This document shows positions 52,537-64,000 of a stretch of DNA of 64,000 nucleotides, in pieces. The position numbers and the translations under genes were made by a program. The notes below the pieces were generated by a model that made no database searches, was not told where the DNA came from, and was given only the letters and a program-made list of their open reading frames with translations. The stretch comes from Octopus vulgaris (Eukaryota), in NCBI GenBank assembly GCA_951406725.2, contig OX597814.1, forward strand, positions 21,390,001 through 21,454,000, given 5' to 3'. Each line of letters opens with the position of its first letter. Position 1 is the first letter of the stretch.

Positions 52537-55493
52537 GCTATTAAACTGCTTTGACACACTTGTGTGGTTAAGAAGGTCTCTTCTTCACACCTACGTGATT
52601 CAGAGTTCGACCTCACTACGCACACCTAGCGTATGTATATTCTACCATATCGTCGGTTTCACCAATTCCATCTGAGCGAAATTACATAAAACAGCATGAA
52701 AATATTAGTATTATATTCAGTGGACTAGACCAAGAAAGTATGGTGACGTTGGTTGATTTTAAAATGTTTTCCTTCTAAATTAAATATATTTGTTAAAAGA
52801 AAAATATGACAAATTTTTAATAGTAAAAATTAAACGCAAGCATAGTTATGCCTCCAGTGCCAGTTTGAAGAAAAGGCTCATCGCTACATACACACACGCA
52901 TATGCACACATTATTGTGTGTGAACAGCTTTATTTTCAAGTTTGTGATATATGCGTGTGTGAGTGTGTGTGTGTATGTGTGTGTGTGTGTGTGTTCGCGC
53001 GCGCTTGCATGCGTGTGTGTATATATGTAATTTTGAATAAAGACAAAATGTCTGTAATCTTTCCAAGCGAGGAAGAGAAAGGGAACCAAACAGGCTCCAC
53101 TGTATTATTTGTAAATATTTATCAAACACACTTTAAAAGAAAGCGTAATAGCGAATCTTATTCCAATGAGATTTGATCCCAGAGCATGAAAATATATTCT
53201 GTAAAACATTCAGTTTGATATTCTGTTCGTTCTGCAAATTCTCATAAATTGCCATCGAGTTTGATTGTTTGATTATAACAGCAGCAGAAGAAAATTGATC
53301 TGCAATGAGATTTTATTCGGAATGGTTATCAGCAACATTTCTCTCATCTCCTCATCTACGATATCAAATCTGATTAAATTCCTGTTTGATTGCTTGATCG
53401 ATTGATTGATTGTTTTCTTGAGAATCCGCCTCTTGTGTCTTTTCAAGACTACTGAAGTGAAGAAGTCTAGATGTTTCTTTTGTTTGTCTAATTAATGATT
53501 AGCTAGAAAAAAATTAATATTGTTTTGTTAAAAATATTCTATTTTTTTTGTAGAACATCTGAATATTCAGTGTGTATTTCGTATAGTATACAGTCTACGA
53601 GTTTCGCGTAGCATGGAATCAGTTAAATGATGTAAATATTTGAAAGAACATTTGAGCGATGTTGGTGAGAATATAGGCAAAATATGTATGACACCAACAA
53701 ATAAAAATGAAGTAAAAAGTTAGTATCGCCTTTAATAGGTTGTTTATGTGTGTGTGTGTGTGTGTGTGTGTGGTGGGTATAATATTTCAGAAAAGATTTC
53801 TTCTCTCGACAGAAGAAATTAAATTATCTAAGAGTTCGAAAAAATGATAGCTCAGAGTATCCTAAAGTGTTGTGACAAAATCAGATAGTCAAAGAAAACA
53901 CAAAGCAATAGAAATTTATACATATACAAACTTGTACCTATCAACAAAAGTTTATAGACTTATTTAGTGATATTATTGATTGTGATCAATGGTTGAGCTA
54001 AATATATTCAAATATTGATTACATAGTCTTTTATTGGTTTCAATGATTCGAGTGAAGTCAGCTGGTGAGATCAATTATATCAATCCACAGAACTTAGACT
54101 TGTAATCATATTATCTATATATATATTTATAGCTAGACTTACCGTTTTAAGTTAGGAAAGTAAATACCACAAGGTATTTGCATTTATTTAAACCAGTGTG
54201 TGTATGCAAAAAGTATATGTACATACACATATGTTACAGAGTGTCTAGAAACTATTTTTTTAAGGAAAAGAAAAAGACAGAGCAAATTTCCGATTCCTCG
54301 TTTAAAAATTCTATATTTATTCCCATAAACCATTTTATATACCTTTTCAACATCTTTACTCAATAACTGCACTTGCGATCGAAACAAGTGATGACCCGTA
54401 AGTACTCAATCTAGTGAACATGTGTGTTGTGCAAAAATGATATAATCTTTTCATACCTTTGTCTTGAAAAATGAGCTCTTCAGGTGACGTGTTGAAAGGG
54501 CTCACTTCTGTTTTTCATAGTTAGCTACACTCTCGAGGTAATCTATTGTTTAAAATAAACGTATGTAGCCATGATCTTCCCGTGTTTCAGTGCGTCATAA
54601 TAGAAAACACTGTTCATGCCCCACTAGTCTAACATCGGTTTTGGTGTTGGTACTGCATTGTCATCTACTGACAGTGAAAGCCACATTCTCTCTTTACCCT
54701 TTCTCTCTGTTCGAGGAAAGAAATTTGTTTTCAGGTGAACATGACACTTTCAGGTTCTATGCAAATGTATAGATCTTCGATGAGAGTTCTTTTTTCATAG
54801 ATACATAGATGGCCTTTTGGCTATGCGACAGAATTAAGGAAAAGTGCTCGAAAACAACGCTAATAGGAAAGTATGTCGTCCTTCTAGGCTTGAGAAGAAT
54901 ATCTGTATAAAAACAAGATAAACGAGAGTTGAAATGCTAAAAGAGGAGCGGAAAAGACTCAAATGATCAAGTGAGCTGTTAGGTCCAAAATGGTTGGATG
55001 AATGGATGGTTGAAGAAACAGGATGGTCACGGGGTACTTTTAAGGCAGAACAGCGGAAGAACGGATAATGGAAGGTAGAAAAAAAGGGCAGAGAGTGATA
55101 GAGGGCAGGTTCGTACAAAGAGAAGAAAGATGGAGTGGGAATAGACGAGAGAAAGAGTAAACAAAGTTAGAGAAGAACAGATATAGAGAAAGAAAGCGTG
55201 GAAAGAGAAAGAGAAAAAGACAAGCACTTAATAATTGAAAAAATAGACAAAGGAAGAAAAAGAAAAGTAAATAAAGACACAGGGGAACAGATAGATAAAT
55301 AGAAAGATGTTGCTCAAAATGGAGACCGCTATATAGGGAACGGCCTTCAGTGGGAACGGGAAAATGTGAGTGACCTTGTTATTATTAACTAGCATTCCCG
55401 TGTCGTCAACAATACCCACAAATTTATCAGTGATAGAAAATGGGATATCAAAACAATGCAAGAAACCATTGCTAAAATTCAGCAATCAAGTGA

Positions 55494-55544
<51 letters not shown>

Positions 55545-55727
55545 TCTACACACACACACACACATATATATATATATTGGACACCCTGCGGGATGAAAAA
55601 AACATACATACTTACATACATACATACATACATACATATATTATCAGGGTAATAAAGATTTTAGAAATTTTACTACCAGTGGCCTAGCATATAGAAAAAT
55701 TAGTTAATAGACTATATATCATTTATA

Positions 55728-55837
55728 TAAAATACATTGTACATTAAAACACTTTAAGAGGTTTCCATCATAGGAATCCTTTCTAGTGTAAAGGATTCCT
55801 ACTATGGAAGCCTCTTAATGTGTTTTAATGTACACTG

Positions 55838-55843
<6 letters not shown>
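55728..55843. repeat. ~52 bp-arm hairpin at the end of a microsatellite-flanked cassette
   Basis: AATACATTGTACATTAAAACAC...TAGGAATCCTTT / AAAGGATTCCTA...GTGTTTTAATGTACACTGTATT. The upstream part (55645-55730) resembles 21165-21260. Confidence 0.7.
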
Positions 55844-55870
<27 letters not shown>

Positions 55871-55871
<1 letters not shown>

Positions 55872-56137
55872 CAATAATAAATCTCTGAACGAGATGTAAA
55901 CAGTAACCGCTCGACAACGTAAAGTATACTAGCCATCTCACTATGGCTAACCACTAAGGATGGGTGTTACTGTAACTTTTAGCCCCAGGAGATCAGGATG
56001 ACCTCCCTTTGCAAATACCATAAGGGCACAGAAAGTGTGCCTAAAGCCAGCTGGAGACGATGATCTCCTGGGGCTAAAAGCTACAGTAACACCCACCCTT
56101 AGTGGTTAGCCATATTGAGATGGCTAGTATACTTTAC

Positions 56138-56140
<3 letters not shown>
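55871..56140. mobile_element. Internally deleted fold-back element of the same family (80 bp inverted arms), flanked by (TA)n
   Basis: 55916-55995 is a near-perfect reverse complement of 56061-56140. The spacer resembles 14857-14920. The hammerhead segment is absent. Confidence 0.75.
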
Positions 56141-56187
<47 letters not shown>

Positions 56188-56529
56188 GTACATAATATAA
56201 AGATACAAGTTATTTATAGTTTCGTGCTTTGGAGAAAGAGGTATGTAGAACTGCGTTATTTAATGTTACCTTTCCTTGAGCTAGTACGATATAATTTTAG
56301 TGAAGATTGCCTGATATTTCTAGCAGACCAAGTGATCAAGTACGGACTCCCACGCTTGTTCAAAACACAAGTTAGCGATTTAGCACATATCGTTGTTTCC
56401 TTCTGTGCATAGAAACAAATCAAAAATATTTTTAAATGTTATTTTATATCAGTGAGTGAAGAAGTATTCAGTAAGAGAAAAAAATATTTAAAGTAATAAT
56501 TTATTAAACTGGGATTTGATTCATCATAT

Positions 56530-57000
56530 TTTACAATTATAATAATTCCCAAAAGACTATCCAACTGGAAGATGTTATAAATAAATCATCAATATTGTGC
56601 AAACAAATATTTCTATGAATAAAGGTGTACTTTATCAATTCTCTTCTGAGTAGGAAATTGTGAATCAAATTAGAGCTAAGTTTTGTAATTATACAATAAC
56701 ATTGTTTAATTATAGAAACAGACGGACCAATCACAGTGTAGCTTGGTCTAACTTCTCTCATAGGAACCAAGGAAGAATATGCAATACCCATTCGTCTGCA
56801 AACACAGGCTTATTTAAGGAGATTATAATAAATGCTGACAATTAATTAATGGTAGGGCAAATGTTACAGGAAATATCTTTTAGTGTTAGATGCGGACAGT
56901 TCCAATAATTTCCTAGAAATGCCAAGTTTCAACGTCTATCCACTTGCTTTTTGAAATCATTTATACTTCTTTCTTTTCAAGGCAACGTTATAAGTTGGAA
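56530..57000 (-). mobile_element. Possible highly decayed Penelope-type RT fragment
   Basis: Minus strand gives NKPVFADEWVLHI / VPMREVRPSY and, about 45 aa later, HNIDDLFI, echoing the G.PMG..SP.YA and RYIDD.F RT motifs. Confidence 0.35.
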
Positions 57001-57199
57001 AGAGTGTGTATAAGCGATGTGTAAGATAATGGAATCTGTTACCATTTGTTTTCTAGAATCCTTTCTATTTCGCCTCAGTGATACCTTGGAACGTGTATTT
57101 TTATTCATGCACTAATCTTAGATGACAGGAATTGTGTACACATGTTGCATAAGATTCCTTGACAAATGTCAACTTTGTTTAAAGATAGATTATGTGTGT

Positions 57200-57247
<48 letters not shown>

Positions 57248-57574
57248 TGGTTGTGTGTGGTTGTGTGTGTGTGTGTGTTTGTGTGTGTGTGGTGGGTGCG
57301 TGTATAAAATAACATTATTATTCATAAAATAATAACGTCAGTTGCCGCAAGCATAAAAGTCATATGATCAAAATCAATAAATACGTATAAAATATAGAAA
57401 TATATTTATATATAACAGGGTACTAATAAGCACCTGCTTTGCTAAAGGGAGGAGTCAAAACACTCCGAAGACATAGAAGAATCACTAAATTAATACAGCG
57501 ATGATAGGAAAAAATTAAGTGAATAAAAAAATTACGTTTTCCCTTTGCAAAGGTTTCAGAAGGAATGTGAGTTG

Positions 57575-57632
57575 ATCTCGTATCATGATTTCGAATTTAG
57601 CGCCAAAAGCACTCGATTCTCATCAACCACAT
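57575..57632 (-). ncRNA. Hammerhead ribozyme motif, inverted partner copy with one core substitution
   Basis: Minus strand: auguGG-UUGAUGA-GAAU...AUUC-GAA-AUCAUGAU-A-cgagau. C3 replaced by U; helix I eroded. Confidence 0.55.
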
Positions 57633-57922
57633 CTATTAGTAACAATTACTAAGATTCACTTCTTTCTTTAACAAGGCAGGCGCTTATTAGTACCCTATTA
57701 TATATAAATATATTTCTGCATTTTATATATATTTATTGATTTTTGCCTGTACGACTTTTATGCTTGCGGGCACTAACATTATTATTTTTATGAATAATAA
57801 TGCTCTTTTAAAAAAATATATATTTATAAATAATTCACATTGTTAATTTGTTTCAATGGTGATTGGGCACTCAAACGAACACATGTATGATAGCAGTGAA
57901 TCTTGGTTAGTCTTACTAGTAG

Positions 57923-57980
57923 ATCTGGCTGAAGGGAATCAAGTGCCTTTGGCGCTAAATTCGAAATCATGATATCAGAT
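57923..57980 (+). ncRNA. Hammerhead ribozyme motif with one core substitution
   Basis: AUCUGG-CUGAAGG-GAAU-ca-AGUGCC(uuu)GGCGCU-aa-AUUC-GAA-AUCAUGAU-A-UCAGAU. Palindromic helix III AUCAUGAU; A9 replaced by G. Confidence 0.65.
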
Positions 57981-58158
57981 TAACTCATTCCTTCTGCAAC
58001 CTTTGCAGGAGTAAGACACAATTCTTATTTGCTTAATTTTTTCCTATCATGATTTAATGATCCTTCTGCGGCTATATATATGTGTGTATGTGTGTGTGTA
58101 TATGTGTGTGTATGTATGTATGTATGTATGTATGTATGTATGTATGTATGTATGTATG

Positions 58159-58199
<41 letters not shown>

Positions 58200-58201
<2 letters not shown>

Positions 58202-58325
58202 CTTTTATTGTTTACTTGTTTCAGCTATTGGACACCGGTCATACTGGAACACCATTTTAAACCCAGGTGAACGCAGTACGTCTTTTTTAAAGCCAGGTAC
58301 TTAATCTATCGGATCTTTTGCATAT
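58200..58325 (-). mobile_element. SINE family 1, decayed 3' fragment
   Basis: TTTACTTGTTTCAG...CATACTGGAACACC...GGTACTTAATCTATCGG. Confidence 0.6.
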
Positions 58326-58339
58326 TCAATCGTAGACCT

Positions 58340-59290
58340 GTGTCCAAGTGGCGTTCTACTGATTCCACCGTTCACTTTTTTAAAATACAGCCATCTAAAT
58401 GCTTTTTCAGCAGCCTCTATACCATTTCATACCACTTCTGCTCATTCCTATAATGCCCAAGTTTCCATGATCTTTACTGAAGAAATGAAATGCAACTCCT
58501 CGACTACCGACCTACCTCTGCTAACAAAACACTTAGTCCTCTACCTATTCAGGCGGGAGTCCTCCCCACGATTTTGCTCTCTTCCTACTTTCGCCTCACC
58601 CATTCTCTCATCACAGTGCACAGTTAACTCCAGTCTCCTTATAACTGCTTCTACGAGTTAACTTATAACATTTAGTATGCCATCGGAGATTTTTCGTGAG
58701 TCTTTTTTTTTGACATCTTTCTCTCATTAAAACGACGTTCTTCCTGGCTAAAACAGGGGATTTTCTGCTGTCATTGATTCTCTTAAAGACAGTCTCATCG
58801 ATAGTCTTGAGGACACGCTCATGTCTTCTGTGATAGCATCTCTCGCCTACTGCCTTGGGCCAGCTGTACAAAAGAATGTGTTTGAGGGTTCCCGTTTTAC
58901 AACAAAGGTAACATGCAGCTGTTTTCAATGTGTCCCAGTCTGGGGAGGATATCGTAATTTACTAGAATCAAAAAGGTGATCATCTATTGGTTCCATTTCA
59001 ATGTGACATTCCGTTCATTCATCTGAGTCCATTTCATCCAAACAATCTGTTTTTGCATTGCTACTACTTGGCTTTCCCCGCTCTACGTCTACTGATGCTC
59101 GTGCCTACATTTGCACCGTCAGGCCATGCCACAGCGGGTTATTGTTGCTCTTCTGACACCGGCTCAGTTTTATGCTAAACTGTCAAGAAAAACTTAAGTG
59201 TCAACCACTCCACAGTCTACTTGATAAATTCAGCTGCTTTTCATTTCCTCCCTGTCCTCAAAGGCATGCTACCTTTGATGTCCCTAGAAC
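58340..59290 (-). mobile_element. Decayed HERO/NeSL-like RLE non-LTR retrotransposon, 3' region
   Basis: Minus strand: VVAMQKQIVWMKW, ITFLILVNYDILP, CYLCCKTGTLKHILL..PKAVGERCYHRRHERVL, and terminal EAAEKAFRWLYFKK, as I recall for HERO-clade C-termini. Confidence 0.7.
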
Positions 59291-59344
59291 TTATGTGTTT
59301 CTAGCATACGCGTGGGTACTCACACAGATAGACACGAATTACAT

Positions 59345-59420
<76 letters not shown>

Positions 59421-60788
59421 ACATACATACATACATACATACATACATACATACATACATACATACATACATACATACATACATACATACATACATAATA
59501 TCTATCTCGCGTGAAAATTTCAAATGAATGGAATAAATATTTTGTATGTTATGATGAAATATAAACAAGCGATATTACAAATTTCAGCGGCCAAATGTTA
59601 TGGGTTACTTAGACAAAATGAACTACTAATCGAGGTATTTGTTGTTTAGAAGACTGTTAATGGGCTAACAGTTACTTCTTATGAGCATACATTATCGGAA
59701 CATTCAACTGTCAACATGGCGGCTTGTGAGAGATGACCGGTGTCCTGCGATGAAAAACAAAGGATTGTCGCTGCACTTTTTCCATAACCCCATGGTGACG
59801 TTGAATCAGGACTGTTTACTGTCTCAGAGTTTGCACACACCATGTCATTTCGCACAAACTGCAGGGAAATTTGCTCTCAAGCTGGAGTCGGCGTCTGTGT
59901 GTAATGTAGCATAAAGAAGATATAATAATTAGAGCCGAACATTAAATTAGCTGGCGATACTAAACTGAAGGATCACGTAATACTTTTCAGTACAGTACCA
60001 TATTATTTTTTACAAGGAAAACATTGACCGTGATTTCGAAGTTTGTCGCTTCCTCGGACCAAGATAAGTAATAATCCCGGGGATCTATTCGTTTCTCTTG
60101 AGGTCTGTAAAATGAGTTAAATGCAGATTTTGACTTACATACATGTGAAAGTCGGAGAAATTGGGATGGAAATTTTATGACTAATGAATATTCTCCACTT
60201 CAATTCATTTCTAATCAAACATCACGCGATGTATCTCTGAAACCATTCACGATGCTATGTATATTGTATATTATTGTGTACACAGACTAATTAGGAATCA
60301 CAGAATAAATTCTCTTGTGAATTTTAGCAAAACCATAAGGAGAGAACACTGTTAAAACAAAATTAATCAGTATAAGTTTGTCAACAAACATATGGGCTTT
60401 CATTCCATTTTAATGACCTCAGTATAAAAACTTCTAATAAATGTACACTTACTGGATTGGGAACACTAATATGAAATTAAAATCGAGATTTTTCAGCAGT
60501 AATAGCAAACTACAGTTTCAAAAATATATATGTAAACTAGATTTTATTAATCTTCATATTTTCTCATACATTAAAAATATTACAATGCAGTATGCCGAAG
60601 CAGCGCAACGGATTAAGGAATTCACATGTATATCTCCAGGCTTTATGCGTGCCTGTGTGCGGGAGTGTGTGTATCTGTGTATGTGTATGTGTGTCTGTGT
60701 GTCTGTGTGTGTGTGTGTGTGTCTTTGTCCCTCTGTGTGTGAGAGTGAGTTTAATAAGTACATTGGCAGAAAACTGTTGGTTTTGGAA

Positions 60789-61020
60789 GACGGCGATCTG
60801 GCAGAAACGCTAGCACGCCGGACGAAATGCTTAGCGGTATTGCGTCTGCCGTTACGTTCGGCGTTCGAATTCCGCCGAGGTCGACTTTGCTTTTCATCAT
60901 TTCGAGGTCGATAAGTTAAGTACCAATTACGCACTGGGGTCGATGTAATCGACTTAATCCCTTCGTCTGTCCTTGTTTGTCCCCTGTATGTTTAGACCCT
61001 TGTGGGTAGTAAAGAAATAA
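60789..61020 (+). mobile_element. SINE family 2, full length, with target-site duplication
   Basis: Collinear with 43850-44080. TSD AAACTGTTGGTTTTGGA / AAACTGTTGATTTTGGA. Confidence 0.9.
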
Positions 61021-62029
61021 GAAACTGTTGATTTTGGAGTAACTAATATAGTATAGCCAGCTAATAAAAGTTCGAATAAACAGGTACACGTGCACTTTTT
61101 TGTCTGCATGTCTGTACCGCTTCGCTAATATACTCGGTTGATTTAAGCATTTTCTACTTTGCAAAATATGGCGAAAATACAGAAAATAGATCAATAGAAC
61201 ATAAAAGATCATCAATGATAAAATGTCAGTTAATGTCGATATAACACCATATAGGAGTTGTATGTGATGTTGATATTAAGAAATATTAATTTAATGTCAG
61301 CGCAAAAAGCCAAAGTTTTCTTGCTTTTCAGTTTTTTTCTTGTTTTTTCTTTTTTCCGTTTTTCCATCGTTGAAATGACCATGTTTCTATCCTTCAATTA
61401 TACATTCTGATAAAAATATATTGCAGAATAATAATGATTACAATAATAAAAACAACAACGACGAAGACCACAAAACCACCAGCATCAACAACAATAATAG
61501 TAATAATTATCATTTTATGAGGAACAAAGCTAATAAAATTTTATATCTCCAATAGATATGAAATATATGAAACTTTTAATAGGAATTACAAATAAGAAAA
61601 AGAAGTAGATTGTAAAAGACAAGTTTGCAAATACGAAAGGGAGAAATGAAATATGCTATACAATATATATGGAAGTTGTGTTAAAATTTTAAAGGTATAC
61701 ACACATACAGCCAAACATACACACATACACAGATGCATATACATTTACATATATAAATACACATGCATAATACGTTTACATTCTTACACACATATGTGTA
61801 CATGCACATATTTATATGGAAATAAATATAGAAGTTCAACTAAACAAATAATAATTAAAACAATATTTAAAAGAAATATAAGTTGAAAGATCACTTATTA
61901 GGTTGGGATAGTACATGCCATGAAAGCTTTCGTTAAACTACAGTTCAATATTTAAGAGATGGAGAATTATGTACTTTATTAAACATTATTTACATTTGAC
62001 GAATATTTGTCCTCATCTTGGTTGTTGTT

Positions 62030-62075
62030 AACACAACGTTTCGGCTAATATACCCTCCAGCCTTCATCAGGTGTC
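62030..62075 (-). ncRNA. Minimal type-I hammerhead ribozyme motif, complete core
   Basis: Minus strand: GACAC-CUGAUGA-A-GGCU(ggaggguauauu)AGCC-GAA-ACGU-U-GUGUU. Helix I GACAC/GUGUU, helix II GGCU/AGCC, palindromic helix III ACGU, GUU triplet. Confidence 0.8.
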
Positions 62076-62156
62076 TTGAGGAAATTTCGAACTTGGTTTC
62101 TCATTCCTAAGGTATTTTTCGATGTTGTTGTTGTTGTTGTTATTATTATTATTATT

Positions 62157-64000
62157 CTATGTTTGACTTTTGCTTTATATTTGTACAAGTTGGCTCCAGG
62201 TCTCACCCAGAGACCTCAAGAGACAACAGGGTTGGAAGTTCATGTTGTTGTTATGCCTAGTGTGCCATATATTTGGGGGGTGGGGATGTTGTACTAATGA
62301 ATGTCTAAAAATTAAAAAAAAAAAAAAAAAAAAAGGTTTTTTTTTTGTTTTTTTTTTTAAACCGAAAATTATGTTTGTTTTAAACCTTGAGATTACATAG
62401 AGAGTATTTTGCGTAGGATATGAGCAGTTCCCATGAGCACTATCTTTTGAACTTCTGCCATTTTTGGGTTTCCTGGTATCTGAGTTAGGTAGCTATCAGC
62501 CCCTTTTGCTATCATTCCCAGGGCACCTATGACAACAGGTATTGTTTTAGTCTTCAGCTTCCACATTTTGCTGATTTCTATTTCAAGATCTTTATATTTG
62601 CTCAGTTTTTGGTAGGTCTTGACAGATACGTTTATATCGATTGGGACAGTCATATCAATGAGGAGGCATGTTCTTTGTTTGAAGTTTTTCAATATGATGT
62701 CTGGCCTATTTGCATCTATCTTCCTGTCAGTTTGAATGGTGAAGTTCCAGAGGAGTGAGATGTGGTCATTTTCAAGCACTGGGGGTGGTTTGTGTTCCCA
62801 CCAGTTTTTTTCATGGGGCAAATCCAGGTTTTTACAGATTACCCAGTGAATATATTGTGCAGCTCTATCGTGCCTGTTGAGATACTCTGTAGGCGCTAGA
62901 AGACTGCACTTGGAGACCACATGGTCAATGGTTTCATTTTGTTGCTTGCATACACGACACGTTGGACTGCTTCTGATCTTTAATATGTTGGCCTGGTAGT
63001 TTCTTGTTGGTAGGCATTGATCTTGAGCTGCTATGATAAACCCCTCTGTTTCAGATTTTAAGCCAGAGGCCATTAGCCATTGATGGGTCAGGGCTTTGTC
63101 GATATCTGCATTATTCGCTCTCTTTGGGTATTTGCCATAGAGAGGTTTTTCTTGCCATTTATTATTCAGAATATCTAAGGCCGCAGTTTTGGCACGGGTT
63201 TTCATGCGCCTAGCTTTTTCTGTGCTTGTTTCTTGTATATCTATCTCCGAAATTGGTTGTATTCGGAATTCACTTAGATATTCCTTTGCCTGTTTTGTGA
63301 CTGAGTATGATGCTTTCTTGTTTTCATGTTTTGAGACAAGTTTTAGCATCCAGTCCTCAGAGTTTTTCAGGTAGGTGTCTAGGCCAATTGTAGCAATCTT
63401 CATTGTTATTGCCAGTTGCAAAAGACCACGGCCTCCCTCTTTTCTTGGCAGATAGAGTCGTTCTGTATCTGCCTTAGGGTGGTGCATTCTATGCATTGTC
63501 AACAGTTTCCTTATTTTTCTGTCGAGCTGACATATTTCAGTAATTGACCAGTTAACAATATTGAAACTGTAAGTCACGACTGGTATAGCTAATGCATTGA
63601 TTGCTTCGATCCTGTTTCTTGCATTCAGCTCTGTCTTGAGTATTGCTCTCACTCTTCGATAGCATTCTCTCCTGATCCTTTCCTTCATCTCTGAATGCCT
63701 TATTCCGTTCCCTTCAATTATCCCTAGGTACTTGTAGCTCTCCGCTGGGTCTAGTTCTTTTATGACATTCTGTTGGTCAAGGTTAACGTTAGATGTTTCT
63801 GTCATTTTTCCTTTGATAAAGGTAGCCTTTGCACATTTATCGAGGCCGAATTGCATTCTGATGTCGTCACTGAATTGTTTGACTATCGCTAGTAAGCCCT
63901 TGAGTTGTTGATCATTTTTTGCAAAAAGCTTTAAATCATCCATGTAAACGAGATGATTTATATTTTTATCAAACATTTTATACCCGTACTGCGCGTCATT
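62157..64000 (-). mobile_element. R4/Dong-clade non-LTR retrotransposon, 3' portion (ORF end plus ~235 bp 3' UTR), cut by the window edge
   Basis: Uninterrupted ORF with RT, CCHC and RLE motifs. The 3' UTR has a small hairpin (GGTCTC-TGGGT-GAGACC) and ends directly in (AAT)n(AAC)n at 62123-62156, matching the known TAA-repeat targeting of Dong elements. Confidence 0.9.
62393..63976 (-). CDS. Non-LTR retrotransposon polyprotein, C-terminal part (reverse transcriptase C-half, zinc knuckle, restriction-like endonuclease); true start is probably upstream of the window
   Basis: 527 aa without a stop: HLVYMDDLKLF (RT catalytic YxDD), YKYLG, RLYLPRKEGGRGL, CRVC-x7-H-x4-C, RHD, RPDII...LIDMTVP...KLSKY (PD-D/ExK nuclease). 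Confidence 0.92.
   Translation of the reverse strand: MFDKNINHLVYMDDLKLFAKNDQQLKGLLAIVKQFSDDIRMQFGLDKCAKATFIKGKMTETSNVNLDQQNVIKELDPAESYKYLGIIEGNGIRHSEMKERIRRECYRRVRAILKTELNARNRIEAINALAIPVVTYSFNIVNWSITEICQLDRKIRKLLTMHRMHHPKADTERLYLPRKEGGRGLLQLAITMKIATIGLDTYLKNSEDWMLKLVSKHENKKASYSVTKQAKEYLSEFRIQPISEIDIQETSTEKARRMKTRAKTAALDILNNKWQEKPLYGKYPKRANNADIDKALTHQWLMASGLKSETEGFIIAAQDQCLPTRNYQANILKIRSSPTCRVCKQQNETIDHVVSKCSLLAPTEYLNRHDRAAQYIHWVICKNLDLPHEKNWWEHKPPPVLENDHISLLWNFTIQTDRKIDANRPDIILKNFKQRTCLLIDMTVPIDINVSVKTYQKLSKYKDLEIEISKMWKLKTKTIPVVIGALGMIAKGADSYLTQIPGNPKMAEVQKIVLMGTAHILRKILSM

Larger units (their letters stand above)
57311..58052. mobile_element. Interleaved inverted repeats (A-B-A'-B') carrying a hammerhead pair; Penelope-like terminal repeat rearrangement
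   Basis: A 57311-57447 / A' 57667-57803; B 57501-57661 / B' 57895-58051. Bounded by GT and TATG microsatellites. Confidence 0.7.

Noticed and set aside
63189-63374. 61 aa plus-strand ORF
   Set aside because: Antisense shadow of the Dong ORF.

Overview
AT-rich, microsatellite-saturated animal DNA, most likely intergenic or intronic; the SINE families and repeat style suggest an octopus (cephalopod), but that is my inference. I can support no host protein-coding gene. Almost all listed ORFs are translated simple repeats or SINE fragments. The only long clean ORF (62393-63976, minus, running off the window) is the 3' part of an R4/Dong-type non-LTR retrotransposon (RT, CCHC, restriction-like endonuclease) ending in a (TAA)n tract. 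Also present are decayed RLE-type LINEs (two R4-like copies, one HERO-like), an L1/Tx1-like RT fragment, a Penelope-like GIY-YIG remnant, a non-autonomous Helitron and about 20 SINE copies from 2-3 families. The most notable unannotated signal is a set of at least six sequence-unrelated minimal type-I hammerhead ribozyme motifs (CUGANGA, helix II, GAAA, palindromic helix III, NUH). Most sit in fold-back (inverted-repeat) cassettes next to or inside microsatellites, two of them inside the internal (TA)n of a SINE. Coordinates were counted by eye and may be off by a few bases. No alignment, folding or database search was run.
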